In this document: positions 1 to 9,262 of the stretch, one piece after another
How positions within the stretch are numbered: position 1 is the first letter of the stretch
How the letters are laid out: each line of letters opens with the position of its first letter
Source: Opitutales bacterium
GTDB taxonomy: Bacteria; Verrucomicrobiota; Verrucomicrobiia; Opitutales; UBA2987
Assembly: GCA_965226885.1 (NCBI GenBank)
Contig: CBDDEL010000007.1
Span: 1-36,211, forward strand
Direction of reading: 5' to 3'
DNA: 36,211 bases
Notes under the pieces: generated by a model
What the model was told of the DNA's origin: nothing
Databases searched by the model: none
The model's input: the letters and a program-made list of their open reading frames with translations, nothing else
Made by a program: the position numbers and the translations under genes

Positions 1-77
1 TTAAATATTTATTAACCACGGATCACATGGATTGGGATAAAATAGAATCTTTGGAGTGGATTGAGTGTCTTAACTAG

Positions 78-1650
78 CCCGGATATTTCATGAAGGGTAA
101 AGTTTGGCTCGTTATTGCTATTGGAGATGGAGATGGATTTCTTTGTATTTTGAGCAGATCGTCTTGATTTTTAGGTGTTTTTCAGGGTGTAGAGACACTG
201 CCCCCTTTCCCCCATTGGTTCGGTAGTGCCGGGGGCAGCACCAATGCACCCTTTAGGTTGGCACCAATCGGCGGGCCGCATGGTTGAAAAGACTGGCCCA
301 AGGATAACTCTCACTTAGGTGAAAGTGAATCGTTCGGGTGTTGCGCACGATGACCGCTCCGATCTTGATTAATTTGAGCCGCAGGGTGTGGCATTGGGCC
401 CGCGCCCACTTCGTCCCTTTTAAGGCTAACCGGCGCATGGCTTCCATCAAGGTGTAGGCCAGCGCCGACAAGAGCAATCGGCACTGATTGGCCCACCATT
501 GATGGGCGCTGGTGCGCTCGCTGAACAATTGCATCTGTTCCTTGATTCGGTTCTCCATTTCACCGCGGCCACAGTATACCTTGTCGTAAAGCTCCTGGGG
601 ATCGCCCGGCAGGTTCGTCACCACGAAGCGCGGGTTGGACCCCTGTGCGGTGTGTTCGGCTTTATGGATGACCAACCGCAGCCATCGCCACGAATCGGCA
701 GCATAGACGAAGTCCTGGAATAACCGTTGTTTTTCACCCCTTAGTTCGAACCATTCTTTGGCCTGCTTTTGCAACTGCTGGGCGTCTTGCTGCAAGCGTG
801 CATTGCGAGCCATCCCCACGATGTAACTAACTTCGTTGCGGTCGCACCAAGAGAGTATCCGGTCTCGACAAAATCCACTGTCGGCGCGCCAAATAATCCG
901 CGTACGGGGCCAGCTTTGGCGCATCCGTTTAACCAGCAATTTGAGGATGGCCCCGGCATGCTTGCTGGCATCGATCTTGCTCGGCCGCAGGTAGGCCACC
1001 AGCAGCTGATCACCGCAAAAAACATATAGCGGCAGAAAACAGTAATGATCATAATAACCGTGGAAAAAACGTCCCTCCTGGAGCCCGTGCACCGGAGTGT
1101 CGGTGGCGTCAAAGTCCAGGATGATCTCTTCGGGTTCCTCGGCAAAGGAGCCCATGAACTGTTCGACCAACAGCTCGTTTACCGCAAAGGCCGCCCGCCG
1201 ATCCTGCCCGTTTTCAAAACGACACAAAGTCGGCGCGCTGGCCAACGTTTCAATGCGCCCCGTTACCGTTTGCAACAATGGATCGTGGCGCAGGGTATCA
1301 AAGTCGTTCAAATCCTCATAGCCCGCCACCAGCCCGTAAACGCGCTGCCGCAGCATCCCCAATACCTCATGGCGTACTTTGCCCTTCTGCCGTTTGTCCA
1401 CTAACTGTCGGGCCGCTCGTTCGGTCAAGCCCAACTGCCGATCCACTTCCCGGATCAAAAGCAGTCCGGCATCCGAAGTAACCTCTCCGCCCTTGAAATC
1501 AACCCGCACACGGCGGCCTTTTACCCTTGTCAACTGTAGCTTTAATTGTTTACCTTTTGTCATCGCTGATATTGCTTTAATTATTGATCTATCCTGCTGT
1601 ATATCAGCAGTTAAGCATATCAACGATACTTTTTTTACGAAATATCCGGG
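78..1650 (-). mobile_element. IS1380-family insertion sequence, complete, flanked by CTAG direct repeats
   Basis: Terminal inverted repeats CCCGGATATTTCATGAA (78-94) and TTACGAAATATCCGGG (1635-1650); CTAG at 74-77 and 1651-1654; single DDE transposase inside. Confidence 0.92.
253..1563 (-). CDS. IS1380-family transposase (436 aa from the ATG at 1563; ORF track extends to 1623)
   Basis: Motifs VTSDAGLLL, GYEDLND..LRHDP, IILDFDATD, FFHGYY, WRADSGF, YCGRGEMENRIKE, TLRLKLIKIGA are typical of IS1380 transposases. Confidence 0.93.
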   Translation of the reverse strand: MTKGKQLKLQLTRVKGRRVRVDFKGGEVTSDAGLLLIREVDRQLGLTERAARQLVDKRQKGKVRHEVLGMLRQRVYGLVAGYEDLNDFDTLRHDPLLQTVTGRIETLASAPTLCRFENGQDRRAAFAVNELLVEQFMGSFAEEPEEIILDFDATDTPVHGLQEGRFFHGYYDHYCFLPLYVFCGDQLLVAYLRPSKIDASKHAGAILKLLVKRMRQSWPRTRIIWRADSGFCRDRILSWCDRNEVSYIVGMARNARLQQDAQQLQKQAKEWFELRGEKQRLFQDFVYAADSWRWLRLVIHKAEHTAQGSNPRFVVTNLPGDPQELYDKVYCGRGEMENRIKEQMQLFSERTSAHQWWANQCRLLLSALAYTLMEAMRRLALKGTKWARAQCHTLRLKLIKIGAVIVRNTRTIHFHLSESYPWASLFNHAARRLVPT

Positions 1651-3132
1651 CTAGGCCGCCGCTTTGGTTTTTAGTTCGTCTTGCTGGGCCAGCATCTTGG
1701 CTACTTTCCATAGGTTGTGCGAGAGTACCGACCAGGCTACGCTGATCGAGCGGTTGGCAAAGCCTTTGCTGCGCAACCGCCCGGCCTGCCAGCGATTCTT
1801 CAATACCCCGATCCGCCCTTCGGTGCTGGCCCGGCGCTTTTGCAATTGTCTGAACAGTGGTTCCTCCCTCCGTTTTTTCAACTGCTTCGGATCGCGTGGA
1901 CAGAGCGCGTCGTAGATTCCCTCCTGGGCTAACTGCCGGCGGGCCCGCTGGGAGGCAAATCCCCGGTCCGCGCACATGGCCGCTATGGGTTCTTCCAGGT
2001 TGAAGCGGTTCTGTCTTTGCAAACTCTCTTGCATTTGTTCATTTTCGCTTGGAGTTCGGCTGCCGTAGAGTTTCCAGTCCAGCAGGTACCCTTCAACGCT
2101 TTCTCCCAAAAACAGGGTGTTGCCGAACTCGACCTCTTGGCCCGCTTTACCTCGCACAATCACCTGCCCATCGAGTTCGTAAACACTCAAGACTTTCTCT
2201 GCGTTTTTCACCTGGCGGCCGCCAATGATCCGCTCGTGCGCCTGTTTGATGACCACCGGGATTTGCTCGCTCATGCGCTCCATCCGGGCGAGGATCTGTT
2301 GGACCTGTTTTTCGCTGTAATCGCTTTGCTCCCAGCAGGCTTGCAATAATTCCCGGTGACTGCGGGCATGCTCCCCGATCCGTTTGAGCAGCTTTTTCAT
2401 CTGCCTCAAGATACCCTTGCGCTGCCGCGCGCTGTCCTTTCGCCGCCGGCTGTGGGTCATCTGTATGCACAGCCGATTCATCTGCCGAGCCAAGGGCTCC
2501 GGTTCGATCGGCATGCGATGGCGCACACCGGCCTTCTCGCGGATCAGCCGGATCGCTTTGAGCAACGTGCCGGCTACATCCTTGAGTAATACCCAGTCCG
2601 TCGGCCAATGAATGTTAGCCTCCAAACAGGTGCCGTCGATCAGGCAAATGGTGGTGTCAATCGGCTTGTCCAATCCCACCTGCCGGGCCAGAAGGGCATC
2701 GCCCACCACCTCAGTCAAGGTCCGGTGCAAGGCCCTCAACTGCTCTTCGCTGAAAAACTTCGAGGCCCGCTCCAGGGTGCTTTTGGAGATGCCCCTGATG
2801 CCATCGATCTGCCGGACACGGCAAAAGTCGGCCAACAGATCGCTGCTGCCCAGAGCCCGCGACAAATGCCGAAACGAAATCCCTCCGAGCAGACGGCCCA
2901 GCGTATCCATGCGCAGTGCCTTGATGGCAAAACTGGCCCGCTGCCGCCGGGCCTTTAGACCCATTGGCGGCCACCCCTCCAAGGCCAGCTCAATGGCCTG
3001 CGATTCCACCTCCGAGTCGATCAGCAGCCGATCGATTCGATCAATGGTGGCGCGGAAGTTATCGTAATCGAGGCACCGGTCGACCACAGTTAAAGCTGGA
3101 CGCAGGAGGCATTGGATGGCTATATTTTTCAT
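1651..3132 (-). CDS. DDE transposase, IS5/ISNCY-like (493 aa)
   Basis: IDGTCLEANIHWPTD, IVRGKAGQEVEFG, CADRGF and RRASTEGRIGVLK resemble IS5-type DDE motifs; lies within IR-bounded repeated DNA. Confidence 0.85.
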   Translation of the reverse strand: MKNIAIQCLLRPALTVVDRCLDYDNFRATIDRIDRLLIDSEVESQAIELALEGWPPMGLKARRQRASFAIKALRMDTLGRLLGGISFRHLSRALGSSDLLADFCRVRQIDGIRGISKSTLERASKFFSEEQLRALHRTLTEVVGDALLARQVGLDKPIDTTICLIDGTCLEANIHWPTDWVLLKDVAGTLLKAIRLIREKAGVRHRMPIEPEPLARQMNRLCIQMTHSRRRKDSARQRKGILRQMKKLLKRIGEHARSHRELLQACWEQSDYSEKQVQQILARMERMSEQIPVVIKQAHERIIGGRQVKNAEKVLSVYELDGQVIVRGKAGQEVEFGNTLFLGESVEGYLLDWKLYGSRTPSENEQMQESLQRQNRFNLEEPIAAMCADRGFASQRARRQLAQEGIYDALCPRDPKQLKKRREEPLFRQLQKRRASTEGRIGVLKNRWQAGRLRSKGFANRSISVAWSVLSHNLWKVAKMLAQQDELKTKAAA

Positions 3133-3163
3133 AGAAAGGGCTATATTGATTTTCGCTAACTCA

Positions 3164-3192
3164 ATTATAGAACCCTTTTTTGGCCGGATCGA
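3164..3192 (-). promoter_or_regulatory. Putative sigma70-type transposase promoter (same sequence in copy 2 near 15465-15493)
   Basis: Minus strand TCGATC-N17-TATAAT (perfect -10 at 3164-3169), about 30 bp upstream of the transposase ATG. Confidence 0.45.
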
Positions 3193-3290
3193 GCAAAAAC
3201 TTGCTCTTTCCGGCTCTTTTTATCAACGTCATCCAGTTGACTATAAAATCTTTATATTTTTGGGACAGCCTCTAACTAACTTTTGAAATC

Positions 3291-4529
3291 ATGCAGGAGG
3301 CGGCTTTTAGGGGAAATCGGTATAGGGCCCTGATTTATCAGGCGGGGCGTGGGCGGACGGATTGGATCCAGCCTATTTGCATGGGTGTTTTGTGCGTCAT
3401 GGGTGTATTTTTTATTTATTCGGCGCAGGTGTATAGCGGGCAGTCGCTTTGGATTCGGCAGGTAGTGTGGATTGTTCTGGGGGCGGGCGTCTATATTGCG
3501 GTTTCTTTGCTGGATTACAAGATTTTACTGGAGAAGGCGCACTTGATTTACTTTGGTTCGGTGGTGCTTTTACTGCTGCTGTGGACGCCTTTGGGGGGGG
3601 TGCGATTTGATTCGCGGCGTTGGCTGGACCTGGGAGTGGCATCGTTTCAGCCGTCGGAGGCGGCCAAGATCGGTGTGCTGGTGATGGTGTCGAGTTTGCT
3701 GGCTAGGTCGGAGGTGGGATCGGTCCGGGAGTCGGTTTCGATATTGGTGAAAGTGGGTATCGTGGTGGGGGTACCTATTTTGTTGATTTTTTGGCAACCC
3801 GACCTAGGCTCTGCATTGGTAATACCACCAATGGTCTTTTCTTTATTATACGTTTCGAAGCTTTCCAAGCGGTTTTTCATGTCGGTTTTCGCGTTGTTTG
3901 CGCTGTTATCGGCGGTGCTGGCTGTGGATATGTACCGGTATCTGCATTTTTTGCAGGATAACGAGCTTTCGGCTTACGACAACCGGGGGGAATACGAAAA
4001 GCATTCGTGGATTCCGCTTAAAGATTATCAACGAAACCGCATACTCACTCAATTTGTGCCCGAGGCGATCGATCCGAGAGGGATCGGTGTGAGCTGGAAC
4101 CAGCGCCAGTCTTTGCTTTCGGTCGGCTCAGGGGGATTGATCGGCAAGGGCTGGGGTGAGGGGACTCAGGCCAAGCTAGGCTACCTGCCCCAGTCGGTAG
4201 CGCACAATGACTTTCTTTTCGCCGTGCTGGCCGAGGAAAAAGGTTATTTGGGCAGTATGGCCGTGGTTTTCCTTTTCGCCTTGATTGTTTTCAATGGTGT
4301 GCGTATTGCCGGAGTGGCGCGCGACCGTTTTGGCATGTTGTTGAGCATCGGGGTGAGCGTAATTTTCATTGTCCACATTTATATCAATATCGGCATGACG
4401 ATCAACTTGATGCCGATAACAGGCCTGCCTTTACCATTTCTCAGTTACGGCGGGTCCTTTATTTTAAGTTGTTGTCTTCTGCAAGGTTTGGTCCAAAGCG
4501 TATACCGCTGTCGGAGGGAATTTTTATGA
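3291..4529 (+). CDS. rodA: SEDS-family peptidoglycan glycosyltransferase RodA (FtsW/RodA/SpoVE)
   Basis: Multi-pass membrane protein with SRRWLDLG..FQPSE.AK, QPDLGSA, YQRNRI, GSGGLIGKG, HNDFLFAVLAEE and PITGLPLPFLSYGGS. Confidence 0.9.
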   Translation: MQEAAFRGNRYRALIYQAGRGRTDWIQPICMGVLCVMGVFFIYSAQVYSGQSLWIRQVVWIVLGAGVYIAVSLLDYKILLEKAHLIYFGSVVLLLLLWTPLGGVRFDSRRWLDLGVASFQPSEAAKIGVLVMVSSLLARSEVGSVRESVSILVKVGIVVGVPILLIFWQPDLGSALVIPPMVFSLLYVSKLSKRFFMSVFALFALLSAVLAVDMYRYLHFLQDNELSAYDNRGEYEKHSWIPLKDYQRNRILTQFVPEAIDPRGIGVSWNQRQSLLSVGSGGLIGKGWGEGTQAKLGYLPQSVAHNDFLFAVLAEEKGYLGSMAVVFLFALIVFNGVRIAGVARDRFGMLLSIGVSVIFIVHIYINIGMTINLMPITGLPLPFLSYGGSFILSCCLLQGLVQSVYRCRREFL

Positions 4530-4661
4530 ATTCGAAATCGAATCCTATTCCCTATCCGCATCCGCGACCGAATCTTATTTCGACCGCAGGCGCGTGCAGG
4601 GGCGAAACACGGCAACTGAATAAGGTGAAGGGCCCAATCAACCCATATCACAGGATTCACT

Positions 4662-6416
4662 ATGAACCAATCTCATTCGCCTAAGACGAAAAACCCTAAT
4701 ATCTCCAGTAAACTAGAAAAAAAACTAAACGCTCCACCGAAGGAACAAGCCCAAGTCGATGTCAACCCGGAGCAATTACACCGGGAAGCCCGCGAACGGG
4801 CCAAGAAGCAACCGGTTGTCCAGCGAATAGTCAAGGCACTGAAAAAGGATACAGCGCCTTTTCGGGAAATCATCATCAATTCCGAGCCTCTGGAGCAGCG
4901 GGTGGCCTTGCTGGTGGAGGGCATCCTGGAAAAGTTCGAAATCGAGCGGATCGGCGAAGACCGCATGGTGGGGAGTATTTTCAAGGGGAAAATTCAAAAC
5001 CTGGAGCCGGGGTTGAAAGCGGCTTTTGTCGATATCGGACAACCCAAAAACGCCTTCCTGCACTATTGGGACATCTTGCCGGCGGCCAACGATTCCTCCA
5101 TCGAATTTGTCCGCGACACTCGCTCGGCGGAGCAAAAGAACAAGCGGGACAAAATCAGCCTGAAGGATATCCCCAAACTCTATCCGGTGGGCAAAGAGAT
5201 CGTTATCCAAGTAACCAAAGCCCAGATCGGCACCAAGGGCCCGCGCACCACCACCAACATTGCCTTGCCGGGCCGCTATCTGGTGCTCATGCCATTTTCC
5301 GGACAATGCGGTATATCCCGTAAAATTGAAAATTACAAAGAGCGGCAGCGGTTAAAGAGAATTCTCCGCAAGCTGACCATACCGGAAGGCATGGGAGTCA
5401 TCATCCGCACCGCCGGGGAGGCCAAAAAAATCCGCTTTTTTATCCGCGATCTGCATATTATGCTGCGCGAATGGGAGGAAATCCAGGACCGCTTGCAGGA
5501 GGCTAAACAACCGGCCTGCCTTTACCAGGAACCCGATATCATCGAGCGCACGGTGCGCGACTTTCTGACCGAAGAGATCGACCGGGTACTGATCGACAAC
5601 CCGGAGGACTATGAGCATATGTCCGAATTGGTGGCGGGCATTTCACCACGATCCAAGGGCAAGATCAACCACTTCAGCGAAAGCATCCCGATCTTCGAAC
5701 GATTCAACATCGAGCGTCAGATCGAGCAAACCTTCCAGCGCACCGTGCCCCTGCCCTCGGGGGGCGAGATTGTGGTTGAAGAGACGGAGGCTTTGATCGC
5801 CATCGACGTCAATACCGGAGCCCACAAAAACAAAAACAGTGACGGCAATAATTTCATCCTCCAGGTAAACCTGGAAGCGGCCCGGGAAATCGCCCGCCAA
5901 ATTCGCCTGCGCAATATCGGAGGATTGATCATCATCGATTTTATCGACATGAAACAGCGCAGGGACAGAAATAGCGTTCTCAAGATAATGCGCGACGAAA
6001 TGTCCAAAGACAAAGCCAAGTGCCACATATTGCCCATATCCCAACTCGGCATCATGCAAATGACACGCCAGCGCCATAAGGAAAGTTTTTCCTCCGGCAT
6101 CTACACCGGTTGCCCGTATTGCACGGCCCGAGGCATCGTTAAATCACCCCGCACCATGAGCGTCGAGGTGCAGCGCAGGCTGGTCAGCGTACTGCGGCGC
6201 TTGCGCGGCGGCAGCGCAAAGCAAGAAGAGCAAACACTCAACTTGCGGGTTCTATGCCACCCCAGCATACTTGAAAGAATGCGCCTGGAAGACGAAGCCC
6301 ATCTGATCGAGCTCGAAGATCTCTACAACGTCCGCCTCGCCTTCCGCGCCGACCCCTCCCACCATGTCGAAAATTTCACTATCCTCGACGCCGAGACCGG
6401 CCAGGAAATGCGCTAG
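4662..6416 (+). CDS. Rne/Rng-family ribonuclease (RNase E/G)
   Basis: S1 domain ([15 protein letters not shown]), [28 protein letters not shown] and a CPYC zinc link. Confidence 0.93.
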   Translation: MNQSHSPKTKNPNISSKLEKKLNAPPKEQAQVDVNPEQLHREARERAKKQPVVQRIVKALKKDTAPFREIIINSEPLEQRVALLVEGILEKFEIERIGEDRMVGSIFKGKIQNLEPGLKAAFVDIGQPKNAFLHYWDILPAANDSSIEFVRDTRSAEQKNKRDKISLKDIPKLYPVGKEIVIQVTKAQIGTKGPRTTTNIALPGRYLVLMPFSGQCGISRKIENYKERQRLKRILRKLTIPEGMGVIIRTAGEAKKIRFFIRDLHIMLREWEEIQDRLQEAKQPACLYQEPDIIERTVRDFLTEEIDRVLIDNPEDYEHMSELVAGISPRSKGKINHFSESIPIFERFNIERQIEQTFQRTVPLPSGGEIVVEETEALIAIDVNTGAHKNKNSDGNNFILQVNLEAAREIARQIRLRNIGGLIIIDFIDMKQRRDRNSVLKIMRDEMSKDKAKCHILPISQLGIMQMTRQRHKESFSSGIYTGCPYCTARGIVKSPRTMSVEVQRRLVSVLRRLRGGSAKQEEQTLNLRVLCHPSILERMRLEDEAHLIELEDLYNVRLAFRADPSHHVENFTILDAETGQEMR

Positions 6417-6607
6417 GCAAATATATCTCGAATACACCATTTTGGTTCCCTTTGCCGGATAGCGGTCCTGAAGGATTTGGCCGTTGTGGGAGTCGGTTTA
6501 TATAAAGTGCGTAATCCTGTCTCCACGTGTGGATATGCCCAAGCCTCGTCCTCTTTTGCTTGCCCTAAGCTTGATGCTTTCACATTATCTTGTGAAACAC
6601 CTGAAAA

Positions 6608-7078
6608 ATGGCTCTTTATCTGGTCCAACATGGCAAATGCCTCTCAAAGGCAGAAGATCCCGAGCGCGGGCTTTCGGAAATTGGGATGGCCGAAGTTTCC
6701 AGGATTGCCTCACTGGCCAGGGAAGGCGGAGTTTTAGTTTCCGGAGTTTGCCACAGCGGTAAAAAACGCGCCCGGCAAACTGCGGAAATTTTCTCAACAA
6801 ATCTTTTCCCGGAAGGTGAAGCCAGTGAAATATCCGGCCTGGCTCCTTTGGACGATGTCCCTGCCCTGGCGGAAAACCTTGGTTTACAGCCAAGCGGCGG
6901 CGAAAGCCTCATGCTCGTCGGCCACCTGCCTTTTATGGAAAAACTGGCCGCCTATTTGTTATCCGGATCCATTGAAAATCTCATGGTGAAATTTCAGAAT
7001 GCCGGCATAGTCTGTCTCGACAAAGAGACCTATTCGGGCTCCTGGTTCATAAAATGGACGCTCGTTCCGAATCTCTAA
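6608..7078 (+). CDS. sixA: Phosphohistidine phosphatase SixA-like
   Basis: LYLVQHG, D.ER.LS..G, HSGKKRARQTAE and MLVGHLP histidine-phosphatase motifs; 156 aa. Confidence 0.85.
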   Translation: MALYLVQHGKCLSKAEDPERGLSEIGMAEVSRIASLAREGGVLVSGVCHSGKKRARQTAEIFSTNLFPEGEASEISGLAPLDDVPALAENLGLQPSGGESLMLVGHLPFMEKLAAYLLSGSIENLMVKFQNAGIVCLDKETYSGSWFIKWTLVPNL

Positions 7079-8916
7079 ACCTGAACCTCTAACGCAGCGT
7101 GGCGCTTTTCGGCTTTCCGCCGTTCGTTGACATCGAGAATCCGTTTGCGCAGTCGCAGGTGATTTGGGGTCGCCTCGACATACTCATCCACATCAATATA
7201 CTCAATGGCCCGCTCCAGGCTGAATCGCACGGGCGGCGTCAGCATGATACCCTTTCCATCGCCGCTGCTGCGCATGTTATCGAGTTGCTTGGCCTTGGTT
7301 GGATTGACAGGCATATCCTGTTTGCGGGGGTTTTCCCCCACGATCTGTCCGGCATAAATCTCTTCGCCCGGCGCGACGAATAGCTTCGCCCGACCCTGCA
7401 ATTTATCGAGTGCATAGGCCATCGCTTTTCCCCGGTCCATGGAAACCAGTGTGCCCGTGTTGCGGTTGGCAATTTCCCCCGCATAAGGCCGGTATTCCAG
7501 AAAAAGATGGCTGATCACTCCGGTCCCGCTGGTTAAGTTGACTAAATCTGTTTCAAACCCGATCAGCCCCCGCGTCGGTATGTCCGCTTCAACGGTGACT
7601 CCCTTGTTCCCCTCATGATGCTGCAAGTTCGTTATTTTCGCCCTCCGGCGGGTCAAGTTTTCCATCACCGCCCCCAGATGATTACCAGGTGTCTCAACCC
7701 ACAAGTGGTCGAAAGGCTCGCACCGGCGACCATCGATCTCCTTAAAAACAACCGTTGGGCGGGAGACAAGAATCTCAAAACCCTCCCTCCGCATGGTTTC
7801 GACGAGGACAGCGATTTGCATGGCCCCGCGAGCCGTTGCCTCGAAACGGGATCCCATTGCCGTCTCCCCGATGTGGATGGAAATATTCGATTTCATCTCT
7901 CTCACCAGTCGCTCCCATATCTGCCGTGAAGTTACTTTTTTGCCATCTCGACCCGCCAGTGGCCCATCGTTGACCGCGAACTCCATCTTGATCGTCGGCG
8001 GGTCGATTTCGACAAAAGGCAGTCGCTCGGCCTCCGGATCGACAGACAAGGTTTCGCCGATGGCGATCTCCTCGAAACCGGCCAACCCGATAATGTTTCC
8101 CGCTTCGCCCTCGGTTGTGTCTTCCGTATTCAATCCGCTGTAGGTAAAAAGCTTGGTCGTCTTGGCCCGGTCCCGTGTGCCGTCCTTGCGCAGAGCATAT
8201 AGGTTTTCGCCCTGATGTATGCTGCCACTTAAAACCCGCCCGACGGCCACCCGACCTACAAAATCGTTCCACTCAATATTGCTGACCAGCATACGGAACG
8301 GCTTATCCTCCACCACCGGGGCCGGAACATACTTCAAAATGGTGTCAAAAAGCGGGTCCAGGTTTTCGCGAGGGTCCTCCAGACTTCGGGCCGCCCAACC
8401 GTCCTTAGCGCTGGCATAGAGAAAAGGCGCGTTAAATTGCTCCTCGGTTGCGCCCAATTCCAGAAAAAGCTCCAGCGTTTTGTCATGGGCGCCGATAGGA
8501 TCGGCATGCCGCCGGTCAACCTTGTTAACCACCACCACAGGCGCCAACCCATGCCCGAGAGCCTTGCGCAAAACGAAACGAGTCTGCGCCATCGGCCCCT
8601 CGAAAGCATCGACCAGAAGCAAGACACCATCGACCATTTTCATGATCCGCTCTACCTCGGCCCCGAAATCCGCGTGCCCCGGTGTATCGACGATGTTAAT
8701 CAGCTTGTTTTCCCACCGCACCGCCGTGTTTTTAGCCTTGATCGTAATTCCCTTTTCGCGCTCCAGATCCATCGAATCCATCACCCGGTCCACAACCTCC
8801 TGATTTTCCCGGAAAGCCCCGGTCGTACGCAGCAATTGATCGACCAAGGTCGTTTTGCCATGGTCCACATGAGCGATAATCGCGATATTGCGGATGTTTG
8901 CAGGTTCCATATTCAT
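7075..8916 (-). CDS. typA: Translational GTPase TypA/BipA (start at 8916 or 8910; ORF track extends to 9012)
   Basis: IRNIAIIAHVDHGKTTLVD, DTPGHADFG, NKVD, VETMRREGFE, PTRGLIG and E.TP..LRLRK. Confidence 0.96.
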   Translation of the reverse strand: MNMEPANIRNIAIIAHVDHGKTTLVDQLLRTTGAFRENQEVVDRVMDSMDLEREKGITIKAKNTAVRWENKLINIVDTPGHADFGAEVERIMKMVDGVLLLVDAFEGPMAQTRFVLRKALGHGLAPVVVVNKVDRRHADPIGAHDKTLELFLELGATEEQFNAPFLYASAKDGWAARSLEDPRENLDPLFDTILKYVPAPVVEDKPFRMLVSNIEWNDFVGRVAVGRVLSGSIHQGENLYALRKDGTRDRAKTTKLFTYSGLNTEDTTEGEAGNIIGLAGFEEIAIGETLSVDPEAERLPFVEIDPPTIKMEFAVNDGPLAGRDGKKVTSRQIWERLVREMKSNISIHIGETAMGSRFEATARGAMQIAVLVETMRREGFEILVSRPTVVFKEIDGRRCEPFDHLWVETPGNHLGAVMENLTRRRAKITNLQHHEGNKGVTVEADIPTRGLIGFETDLVNLTSGTGVISHLFLEYRPYAGEIANRNTGTLVSMDRGKAMAYALDKLQGRAKLFVAPGEEIYAGQIVGENPRKQDMPVNPTKAKQLDNMRSSGDGKGIMLTPPVRFSLERAIEYIDVDEYVEATPNHLRLRKRILDVNERRKAEKRHAALEVQV

Positions 8917-9146
8917 ATCGATAACTTGAGAAAAGCGGGCACGCTGACAGAATTCCCACGCTTGGCCAGCAGATAACACCCAATTTAAAAAAAATCCAAG
9001 AGTTGCTGCCAAAACCGGAAGCGAGGCCTCAAAGCCTAGCTACGGCAACAGCAAATATACATATATCTAGTCGGTCTTAAAAAATACTTTAACACTTAAA
9101 CCTGGATTTTGGAATGCCCCCCTACCACGTTAATAGTGTAGTTTCC

Positions 9147-9188
9147 CAAAAATAGGCGGGCCCCCGCCCTCTAAGAGAACGGGAGCCC
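9147..9188 (-). terminator. Intrinsic terminator for the peptidase-methyltransferase operon
   Basis: Minus strand GGGCTCCCGTTCTC-TTA-GAGGGCGGGGGCCC is a 14-bp stem whose three mismatches are all G-U on this strand, followed by GCCTATTTTT. Confidence 0.65.
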
Positions 9189-9262
9189 TCTCCCAATATG
9201 CAAAACACCGACAATCACGAGAATGCTTGAAAAGTATATAATGTCAATTAAAACTTTATATA

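Larger units (their letters stand above)
1651..3272 (-). mobile_element. IS5/ISNCY-like IS, copy 1; end downstream of the transposase replaced by the IS1380
   Basis: Near-identical to 13910-15573. Retains the IR TTTTGGGACAGCCTC (ends 3272) followed by TAACTA (3273-3278). A matching TAACTA lies at 71-76, followed only by the first G (77) of the other IR. Confidence 0.88.

Noticed and set aside
198..252. HDV-like ribozyme
   Set aside because: The nested-stem topology is partly similar, but there is no P4 or J4/2 catalytic C and the L3 loop does not fit.
6413..6631. Small minus-strand ORF between the RNase E/G gene and sixA
   Set aside because: It overlaps the sixA start, and has no RBS or recognisable domain.
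6608..6640. QHG instead of RHG in SixA as a sign of inactivation
   Set aside because: The catalytic His and the other motifs are retained, and QHG variants occur in SixA-like proteins.
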